NCBI GenBank assembly: GCA_965249315.1
Contig: OZ252225.1
Span: forward strand, 1,255,973-1,319,972
From: Dehalococcoidia bacterium
Lineage (GTDB): Bacteria; Chloroflexota; Dehalococcoidia; Lucifugimonadales; UBA1127
Length of the DNA stretch: 64,000 nucleotides
Reading direction: 5' to 3'
Within the stretch, counting starts at the first letter, position 1. The number at the start of each line of letters is the position of its first letter. Positions 38,102 through 46,946 of this stretch are shown here, in pieces. The translations under genes were made by a program, and so were the position numbers. Under the pieces are notes generated by a model. It worked only from the letters and a program-made list of their open reading frames with translations, did not search any database and had not been told where the DNA came from.

Positions 38102-38764
38102 CTAGGCTTCGCTGCGGTCCCAGCCGGGGAGGGTCCAGTAGCCGAGCCATGGGAGGGGGACGGTGGACTGGAGGCCCTGGGCGCGCTTGAGCCGCTGGAC
38201 GTTGTAGAAGTGGGTGGCCATCTCCGCTTCGCTGTGGCGGAAGTTGCCCTCCAGGGTGGTGCGCCAGAGGCCCGGCCGGTCCGGGTCTGGGTAGAGGGTG
38301 CCAGGGTAGCGATGGGCGATCATGGCGTAGAAGGAGTCGGCGGGCTGTCCGATGCTCTTCTCTCGCACGGAGGCGACAGTCTCGCGGGTGAGGATGTCTC
38401 GCACCAGGGCCAGGGCCTGCTCCAGCTTCTCCAGGACCTCGGGGATGCTCCGCCATCGGGTCTCGTCGAGGTAGCGATGGGGAAGGGCGGCCATGGCGTG
38501 CAGGTCCTCCCAGTAGGGCTTGCGGCCGGGAAAGAGGGCGTCGCCCCAGTTGCGGGAGAGGAGGTAGTGGCGGAAGAGGTGGGAGGCGGCGTGGCTGACG
38601 TTCTGTCGAATGCTCCAGCCGGACCAGCTCCAGTTGGGGCTGGTCCACTCCCACTGGGCGTCGGTGAGGCCGTCCGTCTCCCGGGCGACCATGTCGCCGA
38701 GGCTCTCGTAGATGGGGAAGAGGGTGAGGGCGGGGGCGTCCGCTGCGGGGAGCACTGCGCTCAT
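38102..38764 (-). CDS. DinB-like family protein
   Basis: DGLTDAQW, WSIRQNVSH, HxxxExxxHFYNVQRLK; AAGGAG RBS. Confidence 0.7.
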   Translation of the reverse strand: MSAVLPAADAPALTLFPIYESLGDMVARETDGLTDAQWEWTSPNWSWSGWSIRQNVSHAASHLFRHYLLSRNWGDALFPGRKPYWEDLHAMAALPHRYLDETRWRSIPEVLEKLEQALALVRDILTRETVASVREKSIGQPADSFYAMIAHRYPGTLYPDPDRPGLWRTTLEGNFRHSEAEMATHFYNVQRLKRAQGLQSTVPLPWLGYWTLPGWDRSEA

Positions 38765-38780
38765 GGGGGACTCCTTCAAA

Positions 38781-40100
38781 CTAAGATGACGCCTGCATGG
38801 CTGTCGCTGAGCGGGGCAGGCTGATCGCCGCGACGGCGCCGACGAGGTAGAGGATGGCGGCGTAGGGGAAGATGACCTCGAAGCCGAAGACGCCTACCAG
38901 ACCGCCGAGAATCAGGGGCGGGAAGAAGCCGAAGGCTGCATTGCTTCCCCAGAGAAGGCCGATGAGGCTGCCTTCCAGCCGCTTGCCCTCCCCCAGGTCC
39001 ATTGCGGCGGCCTGGACGAGGGAGTTGATGGAGAACATGACGGTGCCGAGAAGGGCAACCAGCAGGATCAGAGGGGTCCCGCTGTTGCCGATGATCATCA
39101 AGCCAGCAATGACCGCGGAGACGACCATAACACCCACCATGACGGGCTTGCGCCCGATGCGGTCGGAGAGGACGCCGATGAGGGGGCCGCAGACTATGGC
39201 GGCGGCGGTGAGGAGGGAGAGATGGACGCCCTGCATGACGGTGTCCATGCCCAACTCCTCGGAGAGGTAGAGGGGAAGGAAGAGGAGAAGACCCCGGTCG
39301 CCCATGCCGCGGACGCCGGAGACGACGATGAGGGAGAGGAGGCCGCGGTTCCGGAGCAGGCCGCCGAGGTCTCGGAACTGCTGGCCGAGCCCGCGACCTC
39401 CCTGCTTCGTCGAAACGCGGGGGCCGCCGACGTTCCACAGGAGGAGCATGATGCCCACGGCCACGACCAAGGTGGGAACGGCCGCCCACAGAAGCACCGT
39501 CTGCCACGCGATGACGGCCAGCAGTGCGCCAACGAGGATCGGCGCGATTGTCTCCCCAAGGTTGCCCGTCGAGCGGTGCAGCGACAGCATAAGCCCCCGA
39601 CGCTGAGGGTACCGCTGCGAGAGGATGCCGAGGGCCGGAGGGTGCCACAGGGAGCCGGCGGACGCGGCGAAGCTCAGGGCAACGAGGATCAGCAGGTAGG
39701 AGGGCGCGAGCCCCACGACCAGGTAGCCCAGGGCCATAAGCGCCAGGCTGGCACCCAGGAACAGGCCCCGCAGGTGCTGGAGCCGGTCCACCATCATGCC
39801 GCCGCCCATGCTGAAGAGGCCGCCACTGCCCTGCCGGACCGCATCGAGGAGGCCGACCTGGATGGGAGCAAGGCCCAGGGCGGCGTAGATCTGGGGGATG
39901 ATGACCAGGAAGCCGCGCTGGTACATGTGCTGGATGCTGTGGCTGCCGATAAGGGTGGAGGCGACGACCGCGTTCGAGCCCTGGCGCTGGTCCGGGGCGT
40001 TCGGGGTTGCAGTTTGCTCGCGGGCCAAGGCTCCTCCGGGCGTCGTGGATTCGAGGGGGCGCAGCCCTGGTACCCTATCCCGCTCGTCGGCGGGCGTCAA
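38781..40100 (-). CDS. MFS transporter
   Basis: About 12 TM helices, WHPPA, LSDRIGRK; TTG start overlaps the upstream stop. Confidence 0.88.
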   Translation of the reverse strand: MTPADERDRVPGLRPLESTTPGGALAREQTATPNAPDQRQGSNAVVASTLIGSHSIQHMYQRGFLVIIPQIYAALGLAPIQVGLLDAVRQGSGGLFSMGGGMMVDRLQHLRGLFLGASLALMALGYLVVGLAPSYLLILVALSFAASAGSLWHPPALGILSQRYPQRRGLMLSLHRSTGNLGETIAPILVGALLAVIAWQTVLLWAAVPTLVVAVGIMLLLWNVGGPRVSTKQGGRGLGQQFRDLGGLLRNRGLLSLIVVSGVRGMGDRGLLLFLPLYLSEELGMDTVMQGVHLSLLTAAAIVCGPLIGVLSDRIGRKPVMVGVMVVSAVIAGLMIIGNSGTPLILLVALLGTVMFSINSLVQAAAMDLGEGKRLEGSLIGLLWGSNAAFGFFPPLILGGLVGVFGFEVIFPYAAILYLVGAVAAISLPRSATAMQASS

Positions 40101-41344
40101 GGGCCGTCATCGTCGTCGTCATCGTCAACGGGCGCGGGGATGAGGCGGATGGCGCCAAGACGGCGCGGCCGGGTCTCGGGGAGCCGGGAGCCGGCCACGG
40201 CGAGGCTCCAGGCCAGCACGGCGAAGAGGGAGAAGCCCGGCAGATAGCTGCCCGTGAGGTCCGTCAGGGCGCCCGCGGCCAAGGGCGCAATGAAGGTCAG
40301 GGTGCCACCCACGGTCATGATGGCGGCCCACATGAGGGAGACCTGCTCGGGGGACATGCGGGGCAGCTCCATGGGGACGGTGAGGAGGACGGGAACGTAG
40401 AGCCAGGACGCGACCCCCAAGAGCAGCAGGGGGACGTAGACGAGGGAAGAGTCCGCGAGGAGGAAGCTGCCGAACCCGGCGAAGCCCACCATGATGCCGG
40501 GTATCAGAAGGAAGGGACGCCGACGCTGGACCCGTACGGAAATCAGGCCAACAGCGATGAGGGCAACAAAGCCCGCGAGGGGCAGCAGGCTGAGCATCGA
40601 GCCGGCCTGGACCAGGGATATGCCATGCACCTCGAAGTAGAAGGCGGGAAGCCAGGCGACCAGCACGGTGTACTGGGCAACGGGCCCGGCGTCGGCGGCA
40701 GCCAGGAGGAGGGCCGGCCGGGACTTCATCACCCTCCACGCATGGCCCAAGGAGAGGCCCCTGACGGGGGACTTTGCACTCTGCCCCACACGTCCGAGGG
40801 TCATCCAGGCCAGAGCGCCCGCGAGGTTGAAGAAGCCGAAGACGCTCAACGCGGCCTTCCATCCTATCGCCTCGGACATGGGGGCCGCGACGAAGGTGGA
40901 CAGGGCCATGGCCAGGGTGATGCTGGCCTGGCTGAGGCCATTCACGAGGGGCAGCTCGCTGGGGCGGAACCAGTACATGAGCAGTGGGCCCAGGGAGGGA
41001 AGGAGGATGGCGATGGAGGCGCCAAACATGATCCGCGTAGCGAGGAGCACAGGGTAGTCGAAGGCGAGTAGGGTGAGGGCCGGGGAGGCAGCCAAGAACC
41101 AGCCCAGTGCGATGAGGACCTTCAGAGGGACCCGGCCCACCAACATGCTGCAGGGGAGGGCCAGGGTGGTTGCCAGGAGAGTGAGGCCAGTGAGCAGACC
41201 GGCCTCACTGTAGCTGATGTCGTACTCTTCGATGATGTGGGGGGCAATGGGGCCGACGACGAAGAAGCTGAGGCCGAAGGAGGCCTTGAGCAGCAAGACC
41301 AGCCCCGCGACAACGAAGCGATAGGGGCTGTCCTGGGGGTCCAC
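40097..41344 (-). CDS. MFS transporter (CynX-like), second tandem paralog
   Basis: Closely similar to 41376..42635 along its whole length; GTG start VDPQDSPYR aligns with MDPQNSPYR. Confidence 0.88.
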   Translation of the reverse strand: MDPQDSPYRFVVAGLVLLLKASFGLSFFVVGPIAPHIIEEYDISYSEAGLLTGLTLLATTLALPCSMLVGRVPLKVLIALGWFLAASPALTLLAFDYPVLLATRIMFGASIAILLPSLGPLLMYWFRPSELPLVNGLSQASITLAMALSTFVAAPMSEAIGWKAALSVFGFFNLAGALAWMTLGRVGQSAKSPVRGLSLGHAWRVMKSRPALLLAAADAGPVAQYTVLVAWLPAFYFEVHGISLVQAGSMLSLLPLAGFVALIAVGLISVRVQRRRPFLLIPGIMVGFAGFGSFLLADSSLVYVPLLLLGVASWLYVPVLLTVPMELPRMSPEQVSLMWAAIMTVGGTLTFIAPLAAGALTDLTGSYLPGFSLFAVLAWSLAVAGSRLPETRPRRLGAIRLIPAPVDDDDDDDGP

Positions 41345-41375
41345 GGACGAGGTCAACGGAGGACCGCAGCGAGTG

Positions 41376-42635
41376 TCATGGGCTGCCTTCGTCGTCATCG
41401 TCTTCGCCGCCTTTGGTGGGCGCGTCGACGAGGCGGATGCCGCCAATAGGGCGCGCTCGCGGCTCGGGGAGCAGGAAGCCAGCCACGGCCAGGCTCCAGG
41501 CCAGCACGGCGAAGAGGGAGAAGCCCGGCAGGTAGCTGCCCGTCAGGTCCGTCAGGGCGCCCACGGCCAGCGGCGACACGAAGGTGAGCGTGCCGCCCAC
41601 GGTCATGATGGCTGCCCACATGAGGGAGACCTGCTCGGGCGCCATGCGCGGCAGCTCCATGGGGAGGGTCATCAGAATGGGGACGTAGAGCCAGGACGCC
41701 ACGCCCAGGAGCAACAGGGGGATGTAGACGAGGGAGGAGTCCGCAAGGAGGAAGCTGCCGAACCCGGCGAAACCCACCATGAAGCCGGGTATCAGGAGGA
41801 AGGGACGCCGGCGCTGGACCCGCATGGTGAGCAACCCGACGGCGAGAAGGGTCACGAAGCCGGCGAGGGGCAGCATGCCGAGCATGGTGCCGGCCCGTAC
41901 CAGGGATATGTCGTGCACCTCGAAGTAGAAGGCGGGCAGCCACGCGACCAACGCGGTGTACTGGGCAAGCGGGCCGGCGTCGGCGGCAGCCAGGAGGAGG
42001 GCCGTCTTTGACTTCATCACCCTCCAGGCATGGCCCAGGGACAGGCCCCTGACGGGGGCCTTCGCACTCTGTCCCACGCGCCCGAGGAACACCCAGACCA
42101 CAGCGCCCGCGAGATTGACGAAGCCGAAGACGCTCAAGGCTTCCTTCCAGCCTATGGCCTCCGACAGGGGGGCCGCGAGAAAAGTGGACAGGGACATGGC
42201 CAGGGTGGTGACAGCCAGGTTCAGCCCGTTCACCAAGGGAAGCTCACGAGGTCGGAACCAGTACATGAGCAGGGGTCCCAGTGCGGGAAGGAGGAGGGCG
42301 AAGGAGGCGCCGAAGACGATCCGGGTGATGAGGAGCACGGAGTAGTCGAAGGCGAGAAAGGTGAGGGCCGGGGCCGCAGCCAGGAACCAGCCCACGGTGA
42401 TGAGGACCTTCACGGGGATGCGCCCCACCAGCATGCTGCCGGGGATGGCCAGGGTGGTCTGGGCCAGGATGGTGACGCCGGTGAGAAGGCCCGTCGCAGT
42501 GTGGCTGATGTGGTAGTCGTCGATGATGTAGGGAGCGACAGGGCCAATCACAAAGAAGCTGAGGCCGAAGCAGGCGTTGAGCAGGAAGGCCAGCCCCGCG
42601 ATGACGTAGCGATAGGGGCTGTTCTGCGGGTCCAT
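41376..42635 (-). CDS. MFS transporter (CynX-like), first tandem paralog
   Basis: About 12 TM helices, WFRPRELPLVNG, GALTDLTGSY. Confidence 0.9.
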   Translation of the reverse strand: MDPQNSPYRYVIAGLAFLLNACFGLSFFVIGPVAPYIIDDYHISHTATGLLTGVTILAQTTLAIPGSMLVGRIPVKVLITVGWFLAAAPALTFLAFDYSVLLITRIVFGASFALLLPALGPLLMYWFRPRELPLVNGLNLAVTTLAMSLSTFLAAPLSEAIGWKEALSVFGFVNLAGAVVWVFLGRVGQSAKAPVRGLSLGHAWRVMKSKTALLLAAADAGPLAQYTALVAWLPAFYFEVHDISLVRAGTMLGMLPLAGFVTLLAVGLLTMRVQRRRPFLLIPGFMVGFAGFGSFLLADSSLVYIPLLLLGVASWLYVPILMTLPMELPRMAPEQVSLMWAAIMTVGGTLTFVSPLAVGALTDLTGSYLPGFSLFAVLAWSLAVAGFLLPEPRARPIGGIRLVDAPTKGGEDDDDEGSP

Positions 42636-42677
42636 GGGGGTGGTCAGAGGGGGGCGATCGCGAGCGTCATGGTCACG

Positions 42678-43385
42678 CTACCGCAGCCCTCGCGCCGCCG
42701 CCCAGTCGTGGACCGAGCCGATGGTGGGGTTGTCGGGGCGCTCGCGGTAGAAGGGAAGGAGGGGACGGAATGCGTCGAAGAGGCGGCGGAGCTCCGCCAT
42801 GGGCGTGTCGTGGTCGTCGACGCGGAGGGTGACGAGGGGGAAGACGTCGCCCTCGTAGACGAGGATGGCGGCGGAGCGCTGGCCGTTGGGCTGGCCCCCG
42901 GCGGCGGTGCCAGCCTCGATGGCGCGGACGAGGCGCTCCTCGAGGTCCTCCTCGACGGAGTCCCGCATGGCCTGGGCCATGGCCGCGGCGACGCCCTCGT
43001 CGACGAGGTAGTTGCCCATGGTGATCCAGCCGTCGCCGGTGAAGTGGCCGGCCCAGTCCCGGTTGTTCGCCCCGGTGCGGACGGCAGTGTGTCCCCAGCG
43101 GTCGACGACGCCAATCTGGCGGTGCTCGATGTAGGGGTCGCTTACCTCCAGCTCGGCGATGACGCGGTGGGCAGGGTAGCCCAGCTCCAGGAGGTGCAGG
43201 CCCAGCGGGCCGAGGCGGGGGTCCGTGGAGGCCTGGGTGGCGACGGCGCCGACGTGGGCCTTTATGGTGGGCACCCGGCCGCCGGTGGCCATTTCGCTGG
43301 TGGTCACGGCGATGCCGAGCTTGCCCGTTCGGGGACAGCGGGCGATGGCCGTGAAGGTGTTGGTCTCCCGTCCGAGCCGGAACAC
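42678..43385 (-). CDS. DUF1028 (Ntn-hydrolase-like) protein
   Basis: TFTAIARCPRTGKLGIAV, VGAVATQA, RQIGVVD, AGGQPNGQRSAA, LRVDDH; GTG start after GGAGG. Confidence 0.85.
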   Translation of the reverse strand: MFRLGRETNTFTAIARCPRTGKLGIAVTTSEMATGGRVPTIKAHVGAVATQASTDPRLGPLGLHLLELGYPAHRVIAELEVSDPYIEHRQIGVVDRWGHTAVRTGANNRDWAGHFTGDGWITMGNYLVDEGVAAAMAQAMRDSVEEDLEERLVRAIEAGTAAGGQPNGQRSAAILVYEGDVFPLVTLRVDDHDTPMAELRRLFDAFRPLLPFYRERPDNPTIGSVHDWAAARGLR

Positions 43386-43459
43386 TCCGCCTCCTGTGCG
43401 ATGCGGCGTTGCACTGCCGCAAAAGAGTATACACCAGCCAAGGCGTCGTGGATTGCAGG

Positions 43460-43810
43460 GGGTTTCCCCTACGGTAGGCGTTGGGTGGGCCCACCCACCC
43501 GCCCTCGGACGTTTTTTTGGTAACTGGGGGCACATCCCCCAGAGCGGCTCGCCGCCCTAGAGGGAGGGGAGACTCCTCTGGACTCCCCCTGAGGTACCCG
43601 CGCACTCGGCGGCATCGCCGCTTTCGCTTGGCCTGTCCTCCCACGTTTCCCACCCGCCCACCCTGGGATTTCTTTGGGGGGCTGCGGCGGCATCGCCGCC
43701 CTAGCATGCCCCGCGCCCTCACGCGCCGCTACGCGTCGGCCTCTCCCCCAGGAGAGGCGGGAGGGGTGCCTTCCCCCCACTCCCGGATTCCAGCTCGGAG
43801 GCAATAGCGG
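43460..43810 (+). repeat. intergenic palindromic mosaic repeat
   Basis: CCCTACGG, TTGGGTGGGCCCACCC, GGTAACTGGGGGGCACATCCCCCAG, CTCTGGACTCCCC, GCGGCATCGCCGC twice, GGCCTCTCCCCCAGGAGAGGC. Confidence 0.85.
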
Positions 43811-43898
43811 CCATGCAAGGGTTTCCAGAGGGAGAAGGCGGCGCTGCAGGGGGTATGATGGGGAGTCGCAGAGGACCCACTTTCGAGTCAGGAGGCGC

Positions 43899-45127
43899 AT
43901 GGCACAGTCCAGAGCGACGCTGCCGCCGGAGCGGAGTCCCGCACGCTGGCTGATGCTGGCGCTGGTGTGGCTGCTCTATGGTTGCTTCGGCCTGACGCAG
44001 GGGAGCATCCCGCCGCTTGTGCAGCCGGTGGTGGAGGACCTGGGCATGACCTACGGGCAGATGGGCGTGATCCTGGGCATCTGGCAGCTGGTGTACATCG
44101 GAACAGCCTCGCCGCTGGGGACGCTGGTGGACCGGTGGGGGGTGCGCCGCTCCATGGCAGCGGGGCTCTTCCTGATTCTGCTATCGCTGGTGCTGCGAGG
44201 ACTGGCGGTGGACTTCTACACGATGCTGCTGGCGGTGGCGCTGTTCGGGGTGGGCGGGCCGGTCATCTCCATCGGCGCGCCGAAGGTGGTGGCGCTGTGG
44301 TTCCAGGGGCGTGAGCGCGGCATGGCGGCGGGGGCGTACACAACGGGGCCAATCGCGGGGAACGCCATAGCGCTGATGACAGCGGCGGGAGTGCGGACGC
44401 TGACCGGGACGTGGCGGGGCATTGCGCCGGTCTACGGGAGCCTGCTCGTGGCGGTGATGGCCGCGTGGTGGCTGCTGGCCAGAGAGGCGCACTCCTCCAG
44501 CGACCAGCCGGAGATAGCAGCTCGCATGCCCGGACGCCAGGTTCTCCGCAGGCTGCTGGGCATCGGGAACGTACGGACGGTGCTGATGCTGTCGGTGGGG
44601 ACGTTCCTGCTGAACCACGGTCTGGGGGCGTGGCTTCCCACGGTGCTCCAGGAAGGCGGCATGAGCCTGTCGGAGGCGGGCCGGTGGGCGGCGGCGGGGA
44701 CGGCCGCAGGCGTAGTGGGAATACTGACGATGCCGCTGCTGGGACGCCGCGGCGCGCGGGTGACGGCCCTGGCCGCGCTCTTCGCCGTGACGGCGGCGAC
44801 GAACGTGGGGCTGGTGACGCTGAGCGGACCCGCTCTGATCGGGGCGGTGCTGCTGTCGAACGTCGCGCGGGGCCCGATGATGCCCCTGCTGATGCTGGTG
44901 CTGATGGAGACCCCAGGCGTGGGCGCGGCCTTCATGGGCGCGGCGGCGGGCTCTTCTTTGCGACGGCGGAGATAGGGGGCTTCGGCGGGCCGTTCCTGCT
45001 CGGGGTGCTGCGGGACGCGACGGGCGCGCTCACGTCGGGCGTTCTGGCGCTGGCGGGGGTGGCGGTCGTCATGGCCCTGGCCGTCCCGGCGCTGCGGCTG
45101 GACCCGGGGGGAACGCGCGGCTGCTGA
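43899..45127 (+). pseudogene. MFS transporter (CynX/NimT-like) with a 1-nt deletion near 44949
   Basis: The frame reads ...FMGAAAG and continues as LFFATAEIGGFGGPFLLGVLRDATG in another frame; one G is missing from a short G-run. May be an assembly error. Confidence 0.75.
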
Positions 45128-45138
45128 TTCGCTCCGGT

Positions 45139-45984
45139 TCAGGCGCCGGACGCGGGCTGCTGGGAGGCCTCTTCGACCGAATCGTCCACCGGCGCGGCGA
45201 TGGGGCGCTGCTTCTTGGCGGCGGCAACGCTGGCTCGGAGGGCCTCCATGAGGTCCGTCACCCTGCTGGGGGCCACGGGCGCGGGGGCGACGGGCATCTG
45301 GGCGCCCAGCTTGCCCTCGATTACGCGTTCGAGCTGCAGACGGTACTCGTCCTGGTAACCGACGGCGTCGTAGGGGGCGGTGAGCTGGTCGATGAGCATG
45401 GTGGCCATGGCCATCTCCTGCTCGGTGATGGAGGTCCGCTCTTCCGGCAGCTCCAGCTCGTTGTTCCCCCGAATCTCGTCGGGATAGAACATGGTGTGCA
45501 TCGTGAGGCCGTGCTCGAAGGGGCGGAGGCAGCAGATGTGCTCCTTCTGGCGCAGGGAGACCTTGGCCAGGGCCACCCGGTTGGCGCTCTCCAGGGCCTG
45601 TTTCATGAGGTAGAAGGGCTTGATGCCCATGGCGTCGGGCTCCAAGACGTAGGTGCGCTCGAAGCTGATGGGGTCGATGGAGGAGAGGTCGCAGAACTGG
45701 GTGATCTCGATGGTGTGCGCGGATGGGACGGGGAGGTTGTCGAAGTCGCCCTCCTCCATGAGGACGTACTGCTCCTTGGCGAACTCGTAGGCGCGGGCGA
45801 CCTCCGAAGGTTCGACCTCCATTTCGTGGGAGGGGCAGAAGCGGCGGTGGCGGAGTCGGGTGTTGCAGGAGCGATGGAGGGTGACGAAGGCGATGTCCTT
45901 GCTCTCGGTGGCGGTGTAGAGCTTGACGGGGATGGCGACCATCCCGAAGCTGACCAGGCCCTTCCAGATTGCTCGTCTCGCCAT
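45139..45984 (-). CDS. ku: NHEJ Ku protein
   Basis: RAIWKGLVSFGMVAIPVKLYTAT, AYEFAKEQYV, YQDEY, DLMEALRASV; promoter TTGACC-18 nt-TAACAT at 46046-46075. Confidence 0.95.
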   Translation of the reverse strand: MARRAIWKGLVSFGMVAIPVKLYTATESKDIAFVTLHRSCNTRLRHRRFCPSHEMEVEPSEVARAYEFAKEQYVLMEEGDFDNLPVPSAHTIEITQFCDLSSIDPISFERTYVLEPDAMGIKPFYLMKQALESANRVALAKVSLRQKEHICCLRPFEHGLTMHTMFYPDEIRGNNELELPEERTSITEQEMAMATMLIDQLTAPYDAVGYQDEYRLQLERVIEGKLGAQMPVAPAPVAPSRVTDLMEALRASVAAAKKQRPIAAPVDDSVEEASQQPASGA

Positions 45985-46099
45985 GACCGGACCTCCTGTG
46001 GTGTGCCCTCACCCCAGGCGGGGGCGGCAGTGCCCCAAAGCGCTTATGTTAAGCCACAGCTTGCAGGCAGGTCAAACGTGGAGGGCCTGTAGTGCAACC

Positions 46100-46195
46100 T
46101 TGGGTGGGCCCACCCGCCCGCCCTCGGACGTTTTTGGTAACTGGGGGCACATCCCCCAGACCCCTTGCCAGAGGGGTCTCCCCTCTGGACTCCCA
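46100..46195 (+). repeat. intergenic palindromic mosaic repeat (compact core copy)
   Basis: TTGGGTGGGCCCACCCGCCCGCCCTCGGACGTTTTTGGTAACTGGGGGCACATCCCCCAGACCCCTTGCCAGAGGGGTCTCCCCTCTGGACTCCC. Confidence 0.88.
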
Positions 46196-46235
46196 CTGAC
46201 GAGGAACACGCGGCGGGTAGCGGTATAATGGCCGC

Positions 46236-46946
46236 ATGGGCACGATTTGGGTGGGGACGTCCGGCTACAACTACGCTGAGTGGAAGGGGAGCTTCTACCC
46301 GCAGGAGCTGCCCGCCTCGCAGATGCTTGGCTACTACTCGGCGCGCTTCTCGACGGTTGAGATCAACTACTCGTTCTACCGGCTGCCGAGTGAGAAGAGC
46401 ATCGGCAGGTGGGCGGAGACGACGCCGACCGGCTTCGCCTTCACGCTGAAGGCCCCGCGCCGGATCACCCACGAGGCGCGCCTGCGGGACTGCGAGGAGC
46501 TGACGGCGCTCTTCTGCGCTCGAGCGCAGACGCTGGGGCCCAAGCTGGGGGTGCTGCTGTTCCAGCTGCCGCCGTACCTCCGTGCGAACGTTGAGGCGCT
46601 GGAGGAGTTCGTGGGGTGGCTGCCGCCCGGCGTGCGGGCCGCGTTCGAGTTCCGTCACGCGTCCTGGCTGTGCGAAGAGGTGCACGCGTGCCTGCGGGCA
46701 CGCAACCTGGCGCTGTGCGTGACGGACAGCGAGACGACAACGACGCCCCTGGTGAGGACGGCGGACTACGCCTACTTCCGCCTGCGGGACGAGGGCTACG
46801 AGGAGGGCGACATCCGCGGCTGGGCGGACACGGTGCGGGAGGCAGCTGAAAGCGGCGCGGACGTGTTCGTCTACTTCAAGCACGAGGAGGCGGGCACGGG
46901 ACCGGTCTTCGCCCGCGCGCTGCTGGAGGCCGTGGGGGCGCGATGA
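46236..46946 (+). CDS. DUF72 family protein
   Basis: VGTSGYNYAEWKGSFYP, VEINYSFYR, FTLKAPRRITH, LFQLPP, EFRHASW; TATAAT 6 nt before the ATG suggests a leaderless mRNA. Confidence 0.93.
   Translation: MGTIWVGTSGYNYAEWKGSFYPQELPASQMLGYYSARFSTVEINYSFYRLPSEKSIGRWAETTPTGFAFTLKAPRRITHEARLRDCEELTALFCARAQTLGPKLGVLLFQLPPYLRANVEALEEFVGWLPPGVRAAFEFRHASWLCEEVHACLRARNLALCVTDSETTTTPLVRTADYAYFRLRDEGYEEGDIRGWADTVREAAESGADVFVYFKHEEAGTGPVFARALLEAVGAR

Noticed and set aside
37382-38190. ORFs 37518..38021 and 37669..38190 sharing a repeated peptide
   Set aside because: The repeated peptide only reflects the duplicated DNA mosaic; there is no RBS and no domain.
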